NCBI RefSeq assembly: GCF_001735745.1
Contig: NZ_CP017260.1
Coordinates: 1,290,001 to 1,322,000, forward strand
Length of the DNA: 32,000 nt
Origin: Formosa sp. Hel1_33_131
GTDB taxonomy: Bacteria; Bacteroidota; Bacteroidia; Flavobacteriales; Flavobacteriaceae
Direction of reading: 5' to 3'
Each line of letters starts with the position of its first letter. The first letter of the stretch is position 1. Below, one piece after another: positions 1 through 6,111 of the stretch. The position numbers were made by a program, and so were the translations under genes. The notes below the pieces were generated by a model. The model did not search any database. It was given only the letters and a program-made list of their open reading frames with translations, and was not told the DNA's origin.

Positions 1-203
1 AACTTTTTCAAAGGAACTTCCAAAGCTTTAGCGATTTCCAAAAGTGAATAGATTGTTGGGTTGACTTTTCCATTCTCCAACTTTTCTAATGCCTGTCTAT
101 CTTTATTGCAAGCACGAGCCAAATCTGACTGACTCCAGCCCTTCTGACTTCTTAACTCAATAATACGCTGACCGACTTTCTTTTTAAGTTGTTCTTTATC
201 CAC
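1..203 (-). CDS. XRE/Cro-C1 family helix-turn-helix regulator (partial; C-terminus runs off the left edge)
   Basis: Not in the ORF track because it is truncated. Manual reverse translation from GTG (203-201) gives VDKEQLKKKVGQRIIELRSQKGWSQSDLARACNKDRQALEKLENGKVNPTIYSLLEIAKALEVPLKK..., a textbook HTH_3 pattern. The start codon is uncertain because there is no in-frame ATG. Confidence 0.7.
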   Translation of the reverse strand, partial: MDKEQLKKKVGQRIIELRSQKGWSQSDLARACNKDRQALEKLENGKVNPTIYSLLEIAKALEVPLKK

Positions 204-210
204 AAAACAA

Positions 211-298
211 ATGTCATCTAATAATATGACATTTTTGTCATACAAAAGTTTGACAACTCAATTTGAATTACTATGTTTGTCATATAAATAGTTGACAA
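211..298. promoter_or_regulatory. Array of three 22-bp palindromic operator-like sites with core TGTCA-N10-TGACA
   Basis: Read directly from the sequence. The sites are ATGTCA-tctaataata-TGACAT (211-232), TTGTCA-tacaaaagtt-TGACAA (235-256) and TTGTCA-tataaatagt-TGACAA (277-298). All arms are perfect inverted repeats with identical 10-nt spacers. Centre-to-centre distances are 24 and 42 bp. The array fills the spacer between the divergent HTH gene and the SymE-like gene. Confidence 0.6.
249..279 (+). promoter_or_regulatory. Bacteroidota-type promoter (-33 TTTG, -7 TAnnTTTG) for the SymE-like gene
   Basis: TTTG at 249-252 and TATGTTTG at 272-279, with 19 nt between them. The TTG start codon lies 20 nt downstream at 299. 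Operator site 3 (277-298) overlaps the -7 box and the expected transcription start. Confidence 0.45.
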
Positions 299-499
299 TT
301 GAGTAAATTCAGGATTTTAAAAATATACAGTAAGTTCCGTTATCGAACGTGGGACAATACAACTGTACCTGAAATAAGACTTGAAGGAAGATGGCTTGAG
401 AAACTCGGATTTGAGCAAGGAAATGAAGTGTTAATTGAACAGAAAAAGAATAAGTTGATAATAACTGTGAAGAAAGAAAAAGAGCATAACACTGTATAA
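299..499 (+). CDS. SymE-like / AbrB-SpoVT-fold small protein (SymE toxin family homolog)
   Basis: 66 aa. The core VPEIRLEGRWLEKLGFEQGNEVLIEQKKNKLIITV resembles the E. coli SymE core [34 protein letters not shown]. The only usable start is TTG at 299, with an in-frame stop at 293-295. Confidence 0.7.
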   Translation: MSKFRILKIYSKFRYRTWDNTTVPEIRLEGRWLEKLGFEQGNEVLIEQKKNKLIITVKKEKEHNTV

Positions 500-783
500 A
501 AAAACATAGGGCATTTCTGCAAACCCGAAAGGTCAGTGAATAATACTAAGTCCGCCAAATATAAAATTTGACGTTTAAGACAAAAAAGATAAAAGCAAAA
601 TATTATATTTGGCTAAGTACCAATTCGTAACGAAAGTGCTTTTAACCGCCCTACGTTTCTTATACGTAGACGTTGAAAAACAGCTAGTTTATAAATATAA
701 ATTCTGCTATTATTTTTATTTTTTAGTAAACGTTTTTGTTTACTAATTAAATATTTTATATGTTTACATGAAACAGCGGAATC

Positions 784-1293
784 ATGTTACCAAGATTAAA
801 TAAAATTAAAGGAATACACCCAGGCACACTGTTAAGGTGGGAATTAAATAACCGAAATCTAAAAGGCAGTGAATTAGCGGATGCGATTGGCGAGCATAAA
901 CAAACCATAAGTGCTATTCTTAATAAAAGGAGGGCCATAAACCCAAGTCTTTCTATTAAGTTATCAAAAGAGTTTAAAACAGACAACGATTACTTCATGT
1001 TATTACAAGCAAGTTATGACGTAAAATTAGTAGCGGAATCTGAAATAAAAAACACACCAAATCTCAATAATATAAGGAAAGTGCTTTTTTGGGATACTAA
1101 TTTTAATAACATTGATTGGAACAAAAATAAAAAAGCCGTCATACAGAGAATTTTAGAAAGAGGGAATAAAACTGAAATAAATGAACTCATTTTATTCTAT
1201 GGAAGAAAAACGATTTCCAAGGAAATTAAATCAATAAAGAAAAGCCACTTACCTTCTTTTGAGAAGAATATTATAGAGCATAATTTGAAATAA
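784..1293 (+). CDS. HigA-type HTH (antidote-like) protein fused to an extra C-terminal domain (probably the Bacteroidota DUF6922-type domain)
   Basis: 169 aa. The N-terminus GIHPGTLLRWELNNRNLKGSELADAIGEHKQTISAILNKRRAINPSLSIKLSKEFKTDNDYFMLLQASYDV matches the HigA/VapI pattern (HPGe.L.e.l...g.s...LA..lg.....is.il.GkR.it....l.L...f......w..lQ..YDl). Residues from about 75 to 169 are not HTH-like (VLFWDTNFNNIDWNKNKKAVIQRILERGN...). The gene ends 4 nt before the next gene. Confidence 0.8.
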   Translation: MLPRLNKIKGIHPGTLLRWELNNRNLKGSELADAIGEHKQTISAILNKRRAINPSLSIKLSKEFKTDNDYFMLLQASYDVKLVAESEIKNTPNLNNIRKVLFWDTNFNNIDWNKNKKAVIQRILERGNKTEINELILFYGRKTISKEIKSIKKSHLPSFEKNIIEHNLK

Positions 1294-1297
1294 CAAA

Positions 1298-1945
1298 ATG
1301 GAGTTATTCTTAAATACTGTTTCCGATTTGCTTTGGAATTCTCTAAAACAATTAATGTCAATGGAGGTCTTTAATAGTTTTAGAATTGTTGGAGGCACCT
1401 CATTAAGTCTTCAACTAGGTCATAGAGAGTCCGTTGACATCGATTTATTTACAGATGCTGATTATGATAGTATCGCGTTTTCTTTACTTGAAACTAAATT
1501 GACTAAAACCTTTCCTTATGTAGATATATCACCCGTTGATTTGGTAGGAATGGGCAAGTCGTATTTTATTGGCAACAATGAAAATGAATGTGTAAAATTA
1601 GATTTATTTTACACAGATCCTTTTGTTTTCCCTTGTATTCTGGAACAAGGAGTTAGGTTTGCAAGTATTGAAGAAGTTGCGGCAATGAAATTTGAAGTAA
1701 TTGCTAATGGTGGCAGGAAAAAAGATTTTTGGGATGTCCACGAACTATTAGAAACTTACACGTTAGATGAAATGATAGACTTTTATCTCAAAAGAAGTCC
1801 ATATGGTTATTCAAAAGATGAATTACTCCTGAAAGTCGTTGATTTTTCTGATGCAGAAGACGATTTTACACCAAACTGCCTTAGAGGAAAAGTCTGGGAA
1901 TTAATTAAGTTAGATTTTGAAGTTAAAACCGATAAAATTATATGA
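1298..1945 (+). CDS. AbiEii/AbiGii-family (DUF1814) nucleotidyltransferase toxin
   Basis: 215 aa. It carries the NTase signature IVGGTSLSLQLGHRESVDIDLF (GG at aa 32-33, DxD at aa 47-49). It also has the family-typical downstream KFEVIANGGRKKDFWDVHELL motif (K...R...D.-D). Confidence 0.85.
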   Translation: MELFLNTVSDLLWNSLKQLMSMEVFNSFRIVGGTSLSLQLGHRESVDIDLFTDADYDSIAFSLLETKLTKTFPYVDISPVDLVGMGKSYFIGNNENECVKLDLFYTDPFVFPCILEQGVRFASIEEVAAMKFEVIANGGRKKDFWDVHELLETYTLDEMIDFYLKRSPYGYSKDELLLKVVDFSDAEDDFTPNCLRGKVWELIKLDFEVKTDKII

Positions 1946-1988
1946 ATCAAAGTCAATAAATTAGAGATTTGGTGGAACCAAAACACTC

Positions 1989-3128
1989 CTAACTATACTT
2001 CGCCTTCCTCAAGATCCGCATACTTTCTTTATAAAGCGCATACACTTCGTCGCTGTGTTTATACAACAACGACTTTGCGGCTTGGAGTTGTGTCAGTGCT
2101 TCTTCAAAACCATTAAAATAACAGATTAAATAGGTCGCAGGAACATTTTTTAAATCTTTGAGCTGCGCCGCTGTTAGCTCAGTCCCTTGTTTAAGTCGGT
2201 CCATAAGTGCGTTGTTCGCATTAAAAATATGGTGTAGAATCTTTTTATCGTATTGAGGCGGCTTAAAAAGCAATTGAGAGTCAATGTTATAAATCGCATT
2301 GTTTCCAAAAGTAATCGTGGTTTCTTCTAATTCATAATACGTATTTTGACCGTTTAGACCAAGATTCACATACTCAATAATCTTAAAAGAATCATTGTCA
2401 TAGGAAATCTCAACGGCATCCAAAGTCGAATAAAACAAGCGCACCTGCTCGTTAATCAACTCAATATCCACTCGCGAATAAAAGGTTTGGGTTTTAAGTG
2501 TCTTTTTCTGTCCAGACCAACACATCACAAAATATTCTTTAAAAACCTTGTATTTTGGATCGTAATCGTTCCGTTTCGCCATAAAATCAAACACCCCGTC
2601 CAACGTATATTGAATGTTGTTTTGAGAATGTGCCTCAATAGACGACACAATTTCAGAATTAGAATCCGTCAATTCAATGTCAAACACTTTGGGCATACTC
2701 ATACTGCCTTCTCTAAAAAACACATTGCCGCCATAATACTTCCAAATATTTTTACGAAGCGAGGTAATCTCTTGGGGGTCTTTGGGGCGAATCGTTACCA
2801 ACCCCACCACCTTATCATCGTTCAAATGCGGAAACGGAATGTTTTCATACTGAATAATTGGTGGGTGACTTAGATAGGCATTAACCAAGTTTTGAATTTT
2901 ACTATCATCAAAAAAATCAACCCCAATAATGTGACTGTACTGATCGTCCACCCCAATCACGATGTATGAATTGTTATTCGGATTGCTATTGGATAGCGCA
3001 CAAATATGTTTCAAAAACTTCGCTTTACCCTCTTTACTGCTAATATTAATTTTTAACTTTTTATCATAAAAACTACTCTCGTCATTATGCGCAAGAAGGT
3101 TTTTGATAAGCAGTCGTTTATTAATCAT
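1989..3128 (-). CDS. AlbA_2 (Schlafen-type, 'divergent AAA') domain protein with an unassigned C-terminal half
   Basis: 379 aa. Residues from about 15 to 150 fit the AlbA_2 pattern: ESSFYDKK...KFLKHICALSNSNPNNNSYIVIGVDDQYSHIIGV...VVGLVTIRP...VFFREGSMSMP. The remaining roughly 230 aa carry no motif I recognise. The start lies only 11 nt downstream of the aldo/keto reductase stop on the same strand. Confidence 0.7.
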   Translation of the reverse strand: MINKRLLIKNLLAHNDESSFYDKKLKINISSKEGKAKFLKHICALSNSNPNNNSYIVIGVDDQYSHIIGVDFFDDSKIQNLVNAYLSHPPIIQYENIPFPHLNDDKVVGLVTIRPKDPQEITSLRKNIWKYYGGNVFFREGSMSMPKVFDIELTDSNSEIVSSIEAHSQNNIQYTLDGVFDFMAKRNDYDPKYKVFKEYFVMCWSGQKKTLKTQTFYSRVDIELINEQVRLFYSTLDAVEISYDNDSFKIIEYVNLGLNGQNTYYELEETTITFGNNAIYNIDSQLLFKPPQYDKKILHHIFNANNALMDRLKQGTELTAAQLKDLKNVPATYLICYFNGFEEALTQLQAAKSLLYKHSDEVYALYKESMRILRKAKYS

Positions 3129-3139
3129 TTTTCAGAGTT

Positions 3140-4015
3140 TTAGAGGACTTCGTAACCTTGGCTGGCCTCTAATATTTTAAACCAATCTTGGATTGTTAAA
3201 TGTATAGAAACAGCTTTCGAAGCTGCTTTGATGTGTTTTAAATTTGTACTCCCGATCACAGGGTGAATCCCCGAAGGATGTTTTAAAATCCAAGCCAATA
3301 ACAACTGACCTGGAGAGGCGTTGTATTTGGTTGTCAACTTTTGTGTTTGGTCTAAAATACGTTTTTTTTGAGATGTCGTTTTAGTACTAAAAACAGCTCC
3401 TAAAGGCGCCCAGGCCATCGGAGTAATTTTATGTGTTAGCATCTGCTCCAAACGTCCATCAAACAGTGCTTGATGTTGCACTGCCGAAAACTCAATTTGA
3501 TTCACATCAACCACCACTTCGCTTGACAAAAGATCAACCTGTGAAGGTGTAAAATTAGACACCCCAAAGCTAATGATTTTACCTTCTTTTTTTAATTGCT
3601 CAACAGCTTCCATAACCTCATAAGGATGCATCAACGGACTGGGGCGGTGAAGTAAAAGCAAATCTAAATACTCCGTGTTCAAATGCTTCAACGACGCCTC
3701 CGCAGAAAAAATGATATAGTCTTTTGAACAATCGTAATGTTTGAGTTCGTTTGGGCGGTTTGAACCCATCAATTGAATTCCGCATTTAGAAATAAATTGA
3801 ACTTTTGAGCGTTCAATCGCCGTTTTAGAAAACGCCGTTCCAAAAGCAGACTCCGTCGTATAGCCTCCATAAATATCTGCATGGTCAAAAGTGCTGATGC
3901 CTAAATCGACTATAGTTTCAATCATGCGTTGCATCTGATTTGGATTGAACTTTTTGCCCCAAGCACCCCAAGACATGGTGCCTGCAATAATTTTTGAAAA
4001 GTTACTTTTATTCAT
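3140..4015 (-). CDS. Aldo/keto reductase, YdhF-like oxidoreductase
   Basis: Alignable by eye with E. coli YdhF (DHADIYGGY..E..FG, LDLLLLHRP.PLM, FGVSNFTPSQ, MAW.PLG). I prefer the ATG at 4015 (MNKSNFSKIIAGTMSWG) over the track start at 4048. Confidence 0.9.
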   Translation of the reverse strand: MNKSNFSKIIAGTMSWGAWGKKFNPNQMQRMIETIVDLGISTFDHADIYGGYTTESAFGTAFSKTAIERSKVQFISKCGIQLMGSNRPNELKHYDCSKDYIIFSAEASLKHLNTEYLDLLLLHRPSPLMHPYEVMEAVEQLKKEGKIISFGVSNFTPSQVDLLSSEVVVDVNQIEFSAVQHQALFDGRLEQMLTHKITPMAWAPLGAVFSTKTTSQKKRILDQTQKLTTKYNASPGQLLLAWILKHPSGIHPVIGSTNLKHIKAASKAVSIHLTIQDWFKILEASQGYEVL

Positions 4016-4172
4016 TTTTATAGTTTGGGATCTAAAATTAACAAACAATCATTCAATATCCTATAAAATGAACTTAAGTTTTAACCAATTATTAACAAGG
4101 AGAACGAAAATATTTTAACAAATTGCGTAACATAATTTTTTGAACCCAAATACAATTTTTTAAATTATCACA

Positions 4173-5177
4173 ATGGAAGAAAATAATACCACTGTTGACA
4201 TTGCGTCAATAAATAAAAAAATTGAAAAAGAGAGTGCTTTTGTAGATTTACTTACACTAGAAATGGGCAAAGTAATCGTCGGGCAAAAACACATGGTTGA
4301 ACGTTTACTTATTGGGCTTTTAGGTCAAGGTCACATTCTTTTAGAAGGTGTTCCTGGGCTAGCCAAAACACTCGCCATCAACACCTTATCACAAGCGGTT
4401 GCGGGAAGTTTCAGTCGGATTCAATTCACACCCGACCTCCTACCTGCCGATGTGGTAGGAACCATGATTTACAACATCAAGGCCAATGATTTTACCATTA
4501 AAAAAGGACCAATTTTTGCCAACTTTGTACTGGCGGATGAAATCAACCGTGCGCCTGCTAAAGTGCAGTCTGCACTCCTAGAGGCCATGCAAGAAAAACA
4601 AGTCACCATTGGCGATGAAACCTTTATTTTGGACAAACCATTCCTTGTGATGGCAACCCAAAATCCTGTGGAACAAGAAGGAACCTATCCTCTTCCTGAA
4701 GCACAAGTAGATCGTTTCATGTTAAAAACAATCATTGATTATCCAAAAATTGAAGACGAACAGCAAATTGTGAGAGCAAATCTAAAAGGCGCGTTCGAAA
4801 AAATAAAACCCGTCGTCACTGTCGCTCAAATTTTGAGTGCACAGGCCGCCGTCAGAGAGGTTTATATGGATGAAAAAATTGAAAAATATATTTTAGACAT
4901 CGTATTTGCGACGCGTTATCCTGAAAAATACCGCTTGGCGGAACTCAAACCCTTAATTTCTTTTGGGGCTTCTCCAAGGGGAAGTATTAACTTGGCAACG
5001 GCAGCCAAATGCTATGCATTTATCAAACATCGTGGCTATGTCATCCCCGAAGATGTGCGTGCAATCGTCTATGATGTACTGCGTCATCGTATCGGAATCA
5101 CCTATGAAGCGGAAGCGGAAAATGTAACATCCGAAGACATTATTAGTAAAATTGTCAATGTCATTAAGGTGCCTTAA
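4173..5177 (+). CDS. MoxR-family AAA+ ATPase (first gene of the Bat-type operon)
   Basis: 334 aa. Walker A is GVPGLAKT and Walker B is FVLADEINRA. The C-terminal lid region GASPRGS is typical of MoxR. Confidence 0.95.
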   Translation: MEENNTTVDIASINKKIEKESAFVDLLTLEMGKVIVGQKHMVERLLIGLLGQGHILLEGVPGLAKTLAINTLSQAVAGSFSRIQFTPDLLPADVVGTMIYNIKANDFTIKKGPIFANFVLADEINRAPAKVQSALLEAMQEKQVTIGDETFILDKPFLVMATQNPVEQEGTYPLPEAQVDRFMLKTIIDYPKIEDEQQIVRANLKGAFEKIKPVVTVAQILSAQAAVREVYMDEKIEKYILDIVFATRYPEKYRLAELKPLISFGASPRGSINLATAAKCYAFIKHRGYVIPEDVRAIVYDVLRHRIGITYEAEAENVTSEDIISKIVNVIKVP

Positions 5178-5237
5178 TTCGTAGTGACTTTATTGTTTGA
5201 TTTACAAATCACACACAACTAACAGCACACTTATCAA

Positions 5238-6104
5238 ATGGATACCAAGGAATTACTTAAAAAAGTTCGGAAAATAGAGATCAAAACACGGCGGTTGTCC
5301 GACCATGTGTTTGGGGGTGAGTACCACTCGACTTTCAAAGGCCGTGGAATGACCTTTTCTGAAGTAAGGCCCTATCAATATGGTGATGATGTAAGAAATA
5401 TTGACTGGAATGTCACAGCCCGCTGCAACGAACCGCACATTAAGGTGTTTGAAGAAGAGCGTGAACTGACCATGATGTTAATGGTGGATGTGTCGGGATC
5501 CAAATTATTTGGAACTGAAGCGCAATTTAAAAATGAAATTGTAACTGAAATTGCTGCAACGCTGGCCTTTTCAGCCACACAAAATAATGATAAAATTGGA
5601 TTGATTTTATTCTCGGATGGAATTGAATTGTACATCCCTCCTAAAAAAGGACGTTCTCATGTATTGAGGATTATTAGAGAATTGATTGAGTTTGAACCTA
5701 AAAGTAAACTTACGAACATCGCGGAAGCTTTAAAGTTTTTGTCGAATGTGATGAAAAAGAAAGCCATTGTCTTTTTACTTTCTGATTTTATGACGGAAGA
5801 ATATCAACACAATTTAAAAATCGCTTCTGGAAAACACGACATCACCGGGATCCGCGTTTATGACAAATACGAAGCTGAAATTCCGAATTTAGGAATGGTA
5901 CAAATGGAAGATCAAGAAACGGGCGCCTCATTTTTAGTCAATACCGCCTCAAAAACGGTGCGTAAAAACTACCAAGCGAATTACCAAACCAAGCTTCATT
6001 ATTTCTCAGATAGCTTTAAAAAATCGGGCGCAGGCGCTCTCGACTGCAGAGTGGATGAAAGTTATGTGAAAAAATTATTAGGCTATTTTAAACAACGTGG
6101 ATAA
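5238..6104 (+). CDS. DUF58 family protein (VWA-like, MoxR partner)
   Basis: 288 aa. It has the signature YQYGDDVRNIDWNVTAR followed by MLMVDVSGS. This is the standard gene after moxR in these operons. Confidence 0.9.
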   Translation: MDTKELLKKVRKIEIKTRRLSDHVFGGEYHSTFKGRGMTFSEVRPYQYGDDVRNIDWNVTARCNEPHIKVFEEERELTMMLMVDVSGSKLFGTEAQFKNEIVTEIAATLAFSATQNNDKIGLILFSDGIELYIPPKKGRSHVLRIIRELIEFEPKSKLTNIAEALKFLSNVMKKKAIVFLLSDFMTEEYQHNLKIASGKHDITGIRVYDKYEAEIPNLGMVQMEDQETGASFLVNTASKTVRKNYQANYQTKLHYFSDSFKKSGAGALDCRVDESYVKKLLGYFKQRG

Positions 6105-6111
6105 GCAATAC

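Noticed and set aside
340-558. 72-aa minus-strand ORF antisense to the SymE-like gene, and the idea of a SymR-like antisense RNA
   Set aside because: The peptide is low-complexity with no recognisable fold. A minus-strand TAnnTTTG box does exist (TATATTTG, plus coordinates 556-563). A transcript from it would meet a weak GNRA hairpin and a T7 tract around 499-530, so it would overlap only the stop codon of the SymE-like gene. That is not enough to call an antisense regulator.
720-783. 7-bp hairpin AGTAAAC-gttttt-GTTTACT (725-744) and a near-miss -7 box TATGTTTA upstream of the HigA-fusion gene, as an operator/promoter
   Set aside because: It is plausible as the autoregulatory site of the HTH protein. 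However, it is a single short palindrome in very AT-rich DNA with an imperfect promoter box, which is not enough evidence to list as a feature.
2487-2873. 128-aa plus-strand ORF inside the AlbA_2 gene
   Set aside because: It is an antisense shadow ORF. The minus-strand frame is longer and carries the recognisable AlbA_2 motifs.
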